Assembly: GCA_944392065.1 (NCBI GenBank)
Contig: CALXVO010000001.1
Location: 1 to 38,574, forward strand
Direction: 5' to 3'
From: an uncultured Clostridia bacterium
GTDB taxonomy: Bacteria > Bacillota > Clostridia > TANB77 > CAG-508
Length of the DNA stretch: 38,574 bases
Translations under genes and position numbers: made by a program
Notes under the pieces: generated by a model
Told to the model about the DNA's origin: nothing
The model's database searches: none
Seen by the model: only the letters and a program-made list of their open reading frames with translations
In this document: positions 15,157 through 24,884 of the stretch, in pieces
Position numbering within the stretch: position 1 is the stretch's first letter
Layout of the letters: each line of letters starts with the position of its first letter

Positions 15157-16170
15157 TTATAATTTTGTAGAATTTTTAATTATAAAATTGTACGAATCTC
15201 TACACATATCTTCAATATTTAATTCAGCTTTCCAATTTAATTCTTTTTCTGCCTTAGAAGAATCTGCATAACATTCTGCAATGTCGCCAGCCCTTCTAGC
15301 TACTATTTTATAAGAAACTTTAACATTATTTACCTTTTCAAAAGTATGTACTAAATCCAAAACACTATATCCTTTGCCTGTTCCTAAATTATACACATGC
15401 ACTCCGGAGATATTTTTTTCTAATGCCTTAACATGACCTTTTGCTAAATCTAACACATGAATATAGTCTCTTACTCCTGTACCATCATGAGTTGGATAAT
15501 CATTGCCAAAAACATTTAAGCATTTTAATTCTCCTGTAGCCACTCTTACAATATATGGCATTAAATTATTCGGAATTCCCTTTGGATTCTCTCCCAAAAG
15601 TCCTGTTTTTTCTGAACCAATAGGATTAAAATATCTTAATAGTGTAATTTTCCAATCCTTATCTGCCTTATATATATCTTCTAATATATACTCAATCATT
15701 AATTTAGTGGTCCCATATGGGTTACTAGGTCTAGAAAGCGGAAAATCCTCTTTTATAGGTAATTTATCTGGTACTCCATATACAGTAGCACTTGAAGAAA
15801 AAATAATATTTTTGCAATTATATTCTTGCATAACATGTAGTAAATTTAAAGTTATTCCTATATTTCCTTCATAATATTTTAAAGGCTCTTTTACTGACTC
15901 TCCTACTGCTTTTAATCCTGCAAAATGAATAACTGCATCAATTTTATTTTCTGAGAATATTTTGCTTAATGTATTATAATCGCCTACGTCACCTTGAATA
16001 AATTTAACATCTTTATTTGTTATTTTCTTTATTTTATCTACAACATCTATTTTTGAATTAATTAAATTATCTATAATAATTACTTCATGATTATTGTTAA
16101 GCAATTCTACAACTGTATGGCTACCTATATAGCCTGTCCCTCCAGTTACTAATATTTTCAACTTTCTCAC
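15157..16170 (-). CDS. galE: UDP-glucose 4-epimerase
   Basis: This 337-aa ORF shows VTGGTGYIGSH, the YGTTK catalytic YxxxK and DYIHVLDLAKGH. The length and motifs are typical of GalE. Confidence 0.85.
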   Translation of the reverse strand: MRKLKILVTGGTGYIGSHTVVELLNNNHEVIIIDNLINSKIDVVDKIKKITNKDVKFIQGDVGDYNTLSKIFSENKIDAVIHFAGLKAVGESVKEPLKYYEGNIGITLNLLHVMQEYNCKNIIFSSSATVYGVPDKLPIKEDFPLSRPSNPYGTTKLMIEYILEDIYKADKDWKITLLRYFNPIGSEKTGLLGENPKGIPNNLMPYIVRVATGELKCLNVFGNDYPTHDGTGVRDYIHVLDLAKGHVKALEKNISGVHVYNLGTGKGYSVLDLVHTFEKVNNVKVSYKIVARRAGDIAECYADSSKAEKELNWKAELNIEDMCRDSYNFIIKNSTKL

Positions 16171-16188
16171 TTCTCTTTCAATATGATT

Positions 16189-17280
16189 CTACTTTTCTAT
16201 TATATCTGCTATTCTTTTACAAGCGAATCCATCTCCATATGGATTTGATGCTTTACTCATTTTTTCATATTCTTCTTTATTTTCTAATAATATTTTTAAA
16301 TTTCTATATATTTTTTCTTCATCAGTTCCTACTAATTTTAAAGTTCCTGCCTTAACTCCCTCAGGTCTTTCTGTAGTATCTCTCATAACTAGTACAGGTT
16401 TACCTAAAGATGGAGCTTCTTCTTGAATTCCTCCACTATCTGTCATTATTAAATATGCCTTTGCTAATAAATTATGAAAATCTATTACTTCAAGGGGTTC
16501 TATCAATTTAATTCTATCATTTTTTTCTAAAATTCTTTTAGCTGTTTCTCTTACTATAGGATTTTTGTGTACTGGGTAAACTACTTTTATATCATCGTAT
16601 TCATCGACAACTCTTCTAATTGCGTTAAAGATATGCTCTAATGGCTGTCCTAAATTTTCTCTTCTATGAGCTGTTAGTACAATTAATCTACTATCTTTTG
16701 CCCACTCTAATAATTCATTATTGTAATTTTCTTTAACTGTCGTTTTCAATGCATCTATCGCTGTATTACCAGTCACATAGATATTTTCTTCTTTTTTCCC
16801 CTCTTTTAATAAATTATTTTTTGCATTCTCTGTTGGAGCAAAATGATATTTTGCAATAATTCCTGTCGCTTGTCTATTAAATTCTTCTGGGAATGGTGAA
16901 TATATATTATATGTTCTAAGTCCTGCTTCAACATGCCCTACTGGAATTTGCATATAATAGCAACATAATGATGTCACAAAAGTAGTTGAAGTATCTCCAT
17001 GAACTAGAACAATATCTGGTCTAACTTCCTCTAAAACTTTTTTTATTTTTTGTATAATATTAACAGTTATATCAAATAAAGTTTGTTTGTCTTGCATTAT
17101 GTCCAAATTATAATCTGGCACTACTTCAAAGCAATCTAAAACTTGTTGTAGCATTTCTCTATGCTGACCTGTTACACATACTATTGTTTCAATATTTTTT
17201 CTGCTTTTTAATTCTTTGACTAATGGGCACATTTTTATTGCTTCTGGTCTTGTTCCAAATGCAAACATGACTTTTTTCAT
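16189..17280 (-). CDS. wecB: UDP-N-acetylglucosamine 2-epimerase (non-hydrolysing)
   Basis: This 363-aa ORF shows FGTRPEAIKM, VHGDTSTT, SDSGGIQEEAPSLGKPVLVMRDTTERPE and NPYGDG. Confidence 0.88.
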   Translation of the reverse strand: MKKVMFAFGTRPEAIKMCPLVKELKSRKNIETIVCVTGQHREMLQQVLDCFEVVPDYNLDIMQDKQTLFDITVNIIQKIKKVLEEVRPDIVLVHGDTSTTFVTSLCCYYMQIPVGHVEAGLRTYNIYSPFPEEFNRQATGIIAKYHFAPTENAKNNLLKEGKKEENIYVTGNTAIDALKTTVKENYNNELLEWAKDSRLIVLTAHRRENLGQPLEHIFNAIRRVVDEYDDIKVVYPVHKNPIVRETAKRILEKNDRIKLIEPLEVIDFHNLLAKAYLIMTDSGGIQEEAPSLGKPVLVMRDTTERPEGVKAGTLKLVGTDEEKIYRNLKILLENKEEYEKMSKASNPYGDGFACKRIADIIEK

Positions 17281-17379
17281 TTTTACTTCTCCTTTATGAT
17301 TAAATCAGTGAATTTTTTAACAAATATGAACTTATTATTTATAGCCATCAATTAATTGATATCTTATAGTCTATTGTCA

Positions 17380-18780
17380 TTATTTTTCTCTTATTCTTTC
17401 TTTAATTACCTTAAACATTTTGCCTATAATCTCTTTATAAGTATATAGCATTATAAGACCTTGTGCTACTAAACTTATAACATTATATATAGTATTTGTT
17501 TTACAATATATAATTGAAGAAATTACAAAAATAACTGCCGGAATAATATATAGCTTATAATTATATTTCAATTTGACAATTTTATCAATTGACTTTTTCC
17601 TTATCAAGTAAAATACTACATATGATATTATATTAGAAAATATGTATCCCCACATTCCTAGTATCGGTATTAAAACCACCGAGCATATTACATTAGTTAT
17701 TGCAGCCATTACCGTAGTGTAAAACGCTCCCTTGGTTTTCATAGAAGCAGTATAAATCGTTCCCATAAAACTTGAGATAGCATTAAATATCATAGCCACA
17801 AACATAAATGGTACTAATATTATTGAATCATGGTATTCAGCATCAATGAATAGTTCATAATATATTTTTATCACTGGAAGTAATATCGCTGAAAATAATA
17901 TTAAATATTTTGAAAAATTTTCTAAATTTTTTGAATAGTATTCAGCTTTGTCTTCACTGTTATACTCATATATTGAGCTTTCTGTCCAAGCCATTAAAAA
18001 TATACTATTTACTGTCATAAGTAATGTTGGAAATTTATTTGCAAAACTTACTAATCCTGTTGAAGAAGTTCCACAAAAATACTCTAATATATACAATCCT
18101 GCTGTACCATTTAGCCACCAACTAATTTGATTTGGTACTAAAGGTATTGAGTATTTTAACATTTCTTTTATTACATTCTTACTAAATAATTTAAATTTTA
18201 TATATTTAAAAAACTGTAATCTTATTAATGCATAAACTGTAATAGTTATAGAGCCAACAGCATAAGCTAATAGCATACTTCTTTCATGTATATACTTTAT
18301 AAAAACAATATTAATTATCAACTGTATTAATGTAGATAATACACCTGTAACAGTATAATCGACATTCTTTCTTACTCCTCTTAATACTTGCTGTAAATAT
18401 ATACCAAAATAATTGAAAACAAAATATAATACAAAAAGATATGCATATTGAAATTTAGTTATTATACATATAGGTATATACATTAGCATAAATATTGCTA
18501 TACCCATTAAAAATATAATAAAAGAATTGGTGATATACTTTTTCTTTTCATCTTCATCTTTTGAAGTACACAAAAATCTAAAAATAGTTTCTGTTACTTG
18601 AAGAGTAAAAACTGGCCCAATTAGAGGTACTATATTAGTTATTAAATTAACTGTACCAAATTGCTCTGTAGATAAATACGCCGAATATAATGGCATCAAG
18701 AAAAACACTAATAATTTTGAGCCAAATGTTCCAATAAAATATATAATTGTTGTCTTAAATAAGCGTTTATTTCTTTCCAT
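17380..18780 (-). CDS. wzx: Oligosaccharide-unit flippase (Wzx; MOP/polysaccharide biosynthesis protein family)
   Basis: This 466-aa polytopic ORF has about 12-14 TM segments and a composition typical of Wzx. It sits inside the glycosyltransferase cluster. Confidence 0.75.
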   Translation of the reverse strand: MERNKRLFKTTIIYFIGTFGSKLLVFFLMPLYSAYLSTEQFGTVNLITNIVPLIGPVFTLQVTETIFRFLCTSKDEDEKKKYITNSFIIFLMGIAIFMLMYIPICIITKFQYAYLFVLYFVFNYFGIYLQQVLRGVRKNVDYTVTGVLSTLIQLIINIVFIKYIHERSMLLAYAVGSITITVYALIRLQFFKYIKFKLFSKNVIKEMLKYSIPLVPNQISWWLNGTAGLYILEYFCGTSSTGLVSFANKFPTLLMTVNSIFLMAWTESSIYEYNSEDKAEYYSKNLENFSKYLILFSAILLPVIKIYYELFIDAEYHDSIILVPFMFVAMIFNAISSFMGTIYTASMKTKGAFYTTVMAAITNVICSVVLIPILGMWGYIFSNIISYVVFYLIRKKSIDKIVKLKYNYKLYIIPAVIFVISSIIYCKTNTIYNVISLVAQGLIMLYTYKEIIGKMFKVIKERIREK

Positions 18781-18781
18781 T

Positions 18782-21007
18782 TCATCTTCCTCTTATTGTA
18801 TTATATATTCCATAAATTGTTCTTTTAATTTCGTTTTGCCTTAGTTCATCTTTGCAATATTTTTTAGAAATTTCTTTTAAACTTGTTTTTTCGTCTTTTA
18901 ATTCTGCTAGTGTTTGATTGTATAATAATGGCATTGAATCATTAATAGTTTGTTGGGATTTAAAGTAATCTTCAATTGGCTGCTCATCTGCTTTTATTAT
19001 ATTATTATGAATTAGCTTGTTTATTAATTTTTGTCCGTTTTGAGTATTGACAATAACCATACTAATGCCCTTTTTTTCTTTTATAAATTTTGGCCCCCAG
19101 TAATCTCCAATTCTTATGTCCGCATTTGTTTTAATTCTATACTTGCATTCATAACAAGATTTATTGAACACCATTTTAGTATTAAAAAAATTGTAAAATA
19201 AATTTTTCTTTTCTTTAGTACGATATTTTGAATTTATCAATAATATCTTTTTTCTCCATCCAAATCTTTTGTCTCTAAATTTAACATCTTCTATTTTGTT
19301 AAATTTAGAGATGTATTTTTCCCAAAGATTATATGATGGTACCCCATTGCATATTAAATCTACTAATATAAAATTATCTCTTCTACCTATGTTTTTTAAA
19401 TGTCTATCAATAGAAGATATTTGACAAGGTGTTCCTATCACAATTGCTTGTTCTAATTTTGTAAGTTTTTTAAATGCATCTACTGTATAACTCTGCAAAT
19501 ATTTTGAGCCAGATAACTTTAGTAAATCTTCCATTTTGGTTACTACTGTATGCTCTGCTCTATTTTTTTCTAAATTATATGTACATCCTATTATTGGAAT
19601 ATTATTTTGAATTCCGAAATATGAAATTTCATAAGCAAGACCTCCAGATGAAGAACTTTTCAATACATCTTCATTTAAAGAATATGCACTATATAGTTTC
19701 ATATCTTTTATTTCGTTTATTTGAGCGTTTAATTGTCCGCATACTTTTTTGCATTTGTTACATCCTATGCACTTCTCTTTATCAATTGTATAACTATAAA
19801 AACCATTTTCATTTAATTTTATAGTTATACAATTGGTAGGACATACTGCTGCACACATTCCACAACCAGAGCAAATATTTGTAATTGTTTTATTTTCTAA
19901 ACTTTTATTATCTTTCCTTATAGCATTCTTTAAGAAACTAATACTTTTCTTTCTTTCTTCTTCAATAATTTTATTGCATTCTTTAAAATCAATATTTATA
20001 TTTTCTATAAAATATTTAATATTATCATTATAAAGTCTATTTTCTAGTTTTACTTTTTTTAGTATATTATATATTCTAGAATTTTGAGAAAGTTTATTAT
20101 CTTTAAATCTTTTTAATGTTATAAAAGGTACATTAAAGTTAATAGAAAATATAGTTCCGTGGAAAGAATCTGTAATGACTAAACTTGCATTATATATTAG
20201 TTTTAAAAATTCTTCTGGAGAAGCATTTTGCACTTCTTCTTTTTTATAATCCAAAACATTACCTGGAATAATTATTAATTTTTTATTTAACATTTTAGCT
20301 ATTTTCTTTGCTATTTTATAATGTTTCTTTTTCCCTCCCAAGCAATAAAAAACTATATAATCAGTATTTTCTTCTTTTAAATTAAATTCTTCATTCCATT
20401 CTTCTTTATTTAATAACAATGTTGGGTCTAATACCACTTCTATTTCTTTATCTGTAAAATCTTTTATTAAATTTTTACCTTGCTCTTCTCTAATAGAAAT
20501 ACTATCAAATTTACTTACTAGTTTTTTTATTTCTTCTCTTATATATTTGTTATCAATTGCTGGAAGTCCCATACTTGGTGCATATGAGATTTTTTTACTA
20601 TCATCACTTACAAAACTTAGAAAATAATTTTCATTAAAAACAGTAGGTGCCCAAATCTGGTCACTTCCACATATAAATTTATCATACTGATCATTTAATA
20701 AGAATAAATCTGTAGCATTTTCACAACTTTTAGTATATGTAAAGTTTTTCTTTCTGAAATCATCAAATTTCTTACTGTTTTGTTGCACTGAATCTTTAAC
20801 TTTACTATTATGTACTAAAATCTTTGTTGCCAAGTCTTTGAATTTTATTTTTTTAAATCCCTTTGGTGGATTTGATTTATAATTTACTGTATCTACTTTA
20901 TCTACACCTAATTTTTTTACAGTTTGTCTTAATGCATATGCTTGTAAGACTCCACCATAATTGTTATATGCATGCCATGTAATTATTGCTATTTTTTTAG
21001 TTTCCAT
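18782..21007 (-). CDS. Fusion protein: polysaccharide pyruvyl transferase (N) + 2x[4Fe-4S] ferredoxin motif + coenzyme F420 hydrogenase/dehydrogenase beta-subunit-like (FrhB-like) domain (C)
   Basis: This is a 741-aa ORF. Residues ~1-340 are pyruvyl-transferase-like (IAIITWHAYNNYGGVLQAYAL, GSDQIW, ITDSFHG). The two cluster motifs are CSGCGMCAAVCP (aa 379-390) and CIGCNKCKKVCG (aa 413-424). Residues ~436-660 are FrhB-like (SSSGG, GTPCQI, IGDYWG). Confidence 0.75.
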   Translation of the reverse strand: METKKIAIITWHAYNNYGGVLQAYALRQTVKKLGVDKVDTVNYKSNPPKGFKKIKFKDLATKILVHNSKVKDSVQQNSKKFDDFRKKNFTYTKSCENATDLFLLNDQYDKFICGSDQIWAPTVFNENYFLSFVSDDSKKISYAPSMGLPAIDNKYIREEIKKLVSKFDSISIREEQGKNLIKDFTDKEIEVVLDPTLLLNKEEWNEEFNLKEENTDYIVFYCLGGKKKHYKIAKKIAKMLNKKLIIIPGNVLDYKKEEVQNASPEEFLKLIYNASLVITDSFHGTIFSINFNVPFITLKRFKDNKLSQNSRIYNILKKVKLENRLYNDNIKYFIENINIDFKECNKIIEEERKKSISFLKNAIRKDNKSLENKTITNICSGCGMCAAVCPTNCITIKLNENGFYSYTIDKEKCIGCNKCKKVCGQLNAQINEIKDMKLYSAYSLNEDVLKSSSSGGLAYEISYFGIQNNIPIIGCTYNLEKNRAEHTVVTKMEDLLKLSGSKYLQSYTVDAFKKLTKLEQAIVIGTPCQISSIDRHLKNIGRRDNFILVDLICNGVPSYNLWEKYISKFNKIEDVKFRDKRFGWRKKILLINSKYRTKEKKNLFYNFFNTKMVFNKSCYECKYRIKTNADIRIGDYWGPKFIKEKKGISMVIVNTQNGQKLINKLIHNNIIKADEQPIEDYFKSQQTINDSMPLLYNQTLAELKDEKTSLKEISKKYCKDELRQNEIKRTIYGIYNTIRGR

Positions 21008-21009
21008 AT

Positions 21010-21735
21010 TTATTTCTTCCCTTTTATAAAATTAGATACTTTATGAGCATTTTCTTTTCCTAGTATTTTTTCAGCAGTTTTATATACTTTGAATTTAATC
21101 TTATCCTTCTTTGGTATCCAAGAGCCTGCAAACCAGTGTATAGTATAAGTGTTGTCTGTTATATTTTTCTTTTTAGTTTGATAATCTATTGGACAAAAAT
21201 ACTCTTTAGGATATAATGTGAATTCTTCAACCGTTTGTAATTTATTATTAGGAGTAAATCCTTTTTTGCTCATCATGTCAGTTATAATAGTTACATTAGT
21301 TGTCATGTCTATACTTCCATCTTCTTGTATAAAATGCTTGTCCTTATAATAATCCAAAAGTTCTTTAAAAATTTCTGTACCGCTTTCAGAGCCCATTATA
21401 CCTGTTGGAATAGTAGTGTCTGTTTCAAATCCAGAAAAAGCCTTATTCTTTAAAAACTGATCTAAATTTTTTAACACCTCCACATCAGTATCCATATAAA
21501 TACCACCTTGTGTATATAAAGCATATAGCCTAACATAATCTGTTATAAAAGCATATTTTTTTGCTTCATAGGCTTCTTTTACATATATGTTGGAACTTAG
21601 ATCAAAGCTATTTTCGTCCCATCGAACAATCTCATAATCTGGGCAGTATTTTTTCCAACTATTAATACATTTCTTTGCTAATTTAGGTAAGTCTTTCCCT
21701 CCGAACCAACAATAATGTATTTTCTTAGGTATCAT
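21010..21735 (-). CDS. GT32-like glycosyltransferase (Gly_transf_sug / capsular polysaccharide synthesis type, DxD)
   Basis: This 241-aa ORF shows IPKKIHYCWFGG, FITDYVRLYALYTQGGIYMDTDVEV and TIHWFAGSW. Confidence 0.7.
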   Translation of the reverse strand: MIPKKIHYCWFGGKDLPKLAKKCINSWKKYCPDYEIVRWDENSFDLSSNIYVKEAYEAKKYAFITDYVRLYALYTQGGIYMDTDVEVLKNLDQFLKNKAFSGFETDTTIPTGIMGSESGTEIFKELLDYYKDKHFIQEDGSIDMTTNVTIITDMMSKKGFTPNNKLQTVEEFTLYPKEYFCPIDYQTKKKNITDNTYTIHWFAGSWIPKKDKIKFKVYKTAEKILGKENAHKVSNFIKGKK

Positions 21736-21767
21736 ATTATTTTCCCTCCTATTTCTGCTTTATTATA

Positions 21768-22853
21768 TTATTCAATTTTATTTTCAGTAAAGAAATCCAC
21801 AGAAAAATTATTGCTCATGAATTTACTATCTTGTAATGTATATAGATTTTTTACTATAAGCACAGTTAGAAATGTGTATATAAATATCATAGAGCACACT
21901 TTTAATTTCTTTATATTTATTTCTTTAATAAATGTAACAAAAATTAAGCATAAGAATATTAAGAATATATAGCTAACTCTAATAGCAAATCCACTATTTA
22001 TTGTAGCAAAATAAGTTATAAAATATAAAAATTGGCCCTTTTCTAAAAATGCATATTTTTGCTCTTTATTATTTCTTAATAATATACATTGTATTATATA
22101 AATCGCTAATAAAAAGTAATGCGTAATACCACTTCCGTCAAATGCTTTCTGACCTTCGTCTAAAGCATATTGGTCGTATTTTAAATTAGATGCGATTAGG
22201 TTTATAATATTATTAATTATTCCTGTTTCTCCTAATATCATTATTAATATTGGAATCGCAATTTTTATTCTATAATCAATTTTAAACTTGTCTATAAAAA
22301 TTGGTAAAATAAATAATACTATAATTGTAGAATTATGGAATAAAGCAGATATAAGTATTAAGGCAATACTTGATTTGTATTTTTTTTCATTAAACAAAGC
22401 CATTCCATACAAAGCAATTGTTATCGCTAAGAATTGTCGCATTACTGTCATATATGTAAAAAATGCCATTCCTAAAAAAAACATAATAAAAAGAGATAAT
22501 TCTTTCTTGCTAAGGTTAAGTTTTTTTAAGAATAATCCCAAGAATGTAAATGAAAGCGATGAATATAACAGGAATACTGCTTTATAATTCAAATGCAAAA
22601 ATCCAATTATTCTACATATGACTTTAAAAATCATTTCTATATTAGGATAATACACATTAATATTTTCTAGGCTATTTGAAAATGTTGAGAAAATATTTAT
22701 ATAATTTATATCGTCAACTGCTAAATTATCTCTTATACCAAAAAATATAGAAAAAGTAATCATTAATAATATTAGACCACATTTTTCGAAGTGTTTTTTA
22801 GGAATAAGAAATATTGCACCTATACAAATGAATAATATGATATATGCTAACAC
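21768..22853 (-). CDS. EpsG-family polytopic membrane protein (probable Wzy-type repeat-unit polymerase)
   Basis: This 361-aa ORF has about 10 TM segments and no soluble domain. Its position next to the glycosyltransferases and wzx supports the call. Confidence 0.6.
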   Translation of the reverse strand: MLAYIILFICIGAIFLIPKKHFEKCGLILLMITFSIFFGIRDNLAVDDINYINIFSTFSNSLENINVYYPNIEMIFKVICRIIGFLHLNYKAVFLLYSSLSFTFLGLFLKKLNLSKKELSLFIMFFLGMAFFTYMTVMRQFLAITIALYGMALFNEKKYKSSIALILISALFHNSTIIVLFILPIFIDKFKIDYRIKIAIPILIMILGETGIINNIINLIASNLKYDQYALDEGQKAFDGSGITHYFLLAIYIIQCILLRNNKEQKYAFLEKGQFLYFITYFATINSGFAIRVSYIFLIFLCLIFVTFIKEINIKKLKVCSMIFIYTFLTVLIVKNLYTLQDSKFMSNNFSVDFFTENKIE

Positions 22854-22886
22854 TTTATAGTCTCCTTCTTTATAATTATATTGCTT

Positions 22887-23873
22887 CTAACCTTTTCTAA
22901 TTTTATCTAATGATGATAATAAAAAGGCATATAATCTTCCTTTTCCGATTAAAAGAAAAAGAAATAACTTTATTTTTACCGTAACATATTTGTTTTTTAG
23001 ATATTTACTCTTTTTTGTTTTTATTTCTTTAATTAATTGCTCTCTTGCCTCTCCATAGAATTTATCTCTTATCATGTTGTTTAGTAAACCAATTCTAGTG
23101 TTTAGCTCATAACATTCTATTTCTGGCTCTAAATTTATATTTTCTTTTTTGAAAAAGCTCTTTGTTTCTTCTACTGCTTGCAACACATCTAATCTTTTTA
23201 TGTTAAATTTCTTTCCCATAATACTATCTGTTCTTTGTAAATAAAAATACAATTTATCAGGGATTAGTGAAATTTTTTTTGCATAATAGTATAATTTATA
23301 TGTAGTAAAATTATCTTCGTGAAGTTTTCCTTTTGGAAAAAAAATATTATTTTCTTTAAATAAACTTAATTTATATAATTTATTCCAAGCCATAACTTCT
23401 GTTTCTTGGTTGCCTACAAGTAAGTCATTAATTGCTTCTAAATTAGAGAAAATTTTTTCTTCTTTATTTTTTTTAGACCATGTTTCATCTTTTTCATTTA
23501 TATATAAATAGTCACACACACTGATATCTGAATCATTCTCTTCTAGATTTTCAATTAAACATTTCACATAATCTTTATGTACAAAGTCATCACTATCAAC
23601 AAAACAAATATATTCTCCAGTAGCATGTTGAATTCCTGTATTTCTTGCCATAGATAGTCCTTGATTTTTTTGAGTTATTATCTTTATTCTGCTATCATTT
23701 TTTTCTTCTTCTTCTGCAATCTGTAAACTGTTATCCGTAGAGCCATCATTAACTAAAATAATCTCTATATTCTTATATGATTGATTTATAATAGATTGTA
23801 AGCATCTATTTAAATATTTTTCCACATTATATATTGGTACAACAACAGATACTTTATTATCAGTTTGACTCAT
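22887..23873 (-). CDS. Family 2 glycosyltransferase
   Basis: This 328-aa ORF shows VSVVVPIYNVEKYL, ILVNDGSTD, ARNTGI and FVDSDD. Confidence 0.85.
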   Translation of the reverse strand: MSQTDNKVSVVVPIYNVEKYLNRCLQSIINQSYKNIEIILVNDGSTDNSLQIAEEEEKNDSRIKIITQKNQGLSMARNTGIQHATGEYICFVDSDDFVHKDYVKCLIENLEENDSDISVCDYLYINEKDETWSKKNKEEKIFSNLEAINDLLVGNQETEVMAWNKLYKLSLFKENNIFFPKGKLHEDNFTTYKLYYYAKKISLIPDKLYFYLQRTDSIMGKKFNIKRLDVLQAVEETKSFFKKENINLEPEIECYELNTRIGLLNNMIRDKFYGEAREQLIKEIKTKKSKYLKNKYVTVKIKLFLFLLIGKGRLYAFLLSSLDKIRKG

Positions 23874-23877
23874 AATT

Positions 23878-24870
23878 TTATCTCCCTATTCTAGACTTTC
23901 CTTCTATAAAAATAGCCATTAATTTTCCTACTACTTGAAATCCAAATAATTTATAAATATAATAAACCATTTTTCCTTTCTTACCTGATCCTTTAGTAAG
24001 TAGATATTCATACTCTTTAATTTTAGGTATTATTTTTATTTGCTCATTCTTTGGCAATGTAAATAATAATCCAACCACTATCGAATACTGGTATTGTACA
24101 AAATTAAATAAATGCTTCTTTAATTCTTCTGACTCAATTTCTTTTATTCTATTATTCCAATTTATAACAAAATTCATTGTGTCATCTACTCTTTTTAGGC
24201 TGCAAGAATGTGTTGCCGACATTTGGTTTTGTCTATATACATAAAATGGCTTTTCTAACAAATCAATTTTTTTAGTTTTTAAGAAAAGTTGAATTGTGCA
24301 ATCCATATCTTCGGTGTATTTTACATTTTCAGCTAAAAATATGTCATTATCTAGAAACAATTTCCTTTTAATTACATTACAGCATAAAGATGGATTAAAA
24401 TTATTGGTTTCAAATAACTTTATTAAGTTTTGCGGATAATTATATTCTATTAAATTTGGTATAATTTTTACTTTTTTATCTTTAATTTTATTGTTTTTTG
24501 CTTTTACAAAATCACCAGCAATAATATCAACTTCTCGATTATTTTTGATTTTATTAATTATCTGAGGAATAGAGTCATTTATAATCCAATCATCGCCATC
24601 TACAAAAAGTATATATTCTCCTATTGCTTTTTTTAATCCATTGTTTCTAGCAACTGAAACTCCAGCATTTTCTTGATAAAAGTATTTAATATAATTATAT
24701 TTTTTACAATAGTTATCGCAAATCTCTCTTGTTTTATCTTTTGAGCCATCATCTATTAAGATAATTTCAACATTTTCATTTGCTTGAGAAACTATGCTAT
24801 CTAAGCAATAAGAAATGTATTGCTCTAAATTATACATAGGAATAATAATACTTAATAATGTTTCTTTCAT
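23878..24870 (-). CDS. Family 2 glycosyltransferase
   Basis: This 330-aa ORF shows LSIIIPMYNLEQYI, ILIDDGSKD, ARNNGL and FVDGDD. Confidence 0.85.
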   Translation of the reverse strand: MKETLLSIIIPMYNLEQYISYCLDSIVSQANENVEIILIDDGSKDKTREICDNYCKKYNYIKYFYQENAGVSVARNNGLKKAIGEYILFVDGDDWIINDSIPQIINKIKNNREVDIIAGDFVKAKNNKIKDKKVKIIPNLIEYNYPQNLIKLFETNNFNPSLCCNVIKRKLFLDNDIFLAENVKYTEDMDCTIQLFLKTKKIDLLEKPFYVYRQNQMSATHSCSLKRVDDTMNFVINWNNRIKEIESEELKKHLFNFVQYQYSIVVGLLFTLPKNEQIKIIPKIKEYEYLLTKGSGKKGKMVYYIYKLFGFQVVGKLMAIFIEGKSRIGR

Positions 24871-24884
24871 TTTTCCTCTTTTCT

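Noticed and set aside
17347-17360. A 14-bp perfect palindrome ATCAATTAATTGAT between wzx and wecB.
   Set aside because: - It is short and entirely A/T-rich.
- Such palindromes are expected by chance at this base composition.
- No flanking signal suggests a function.
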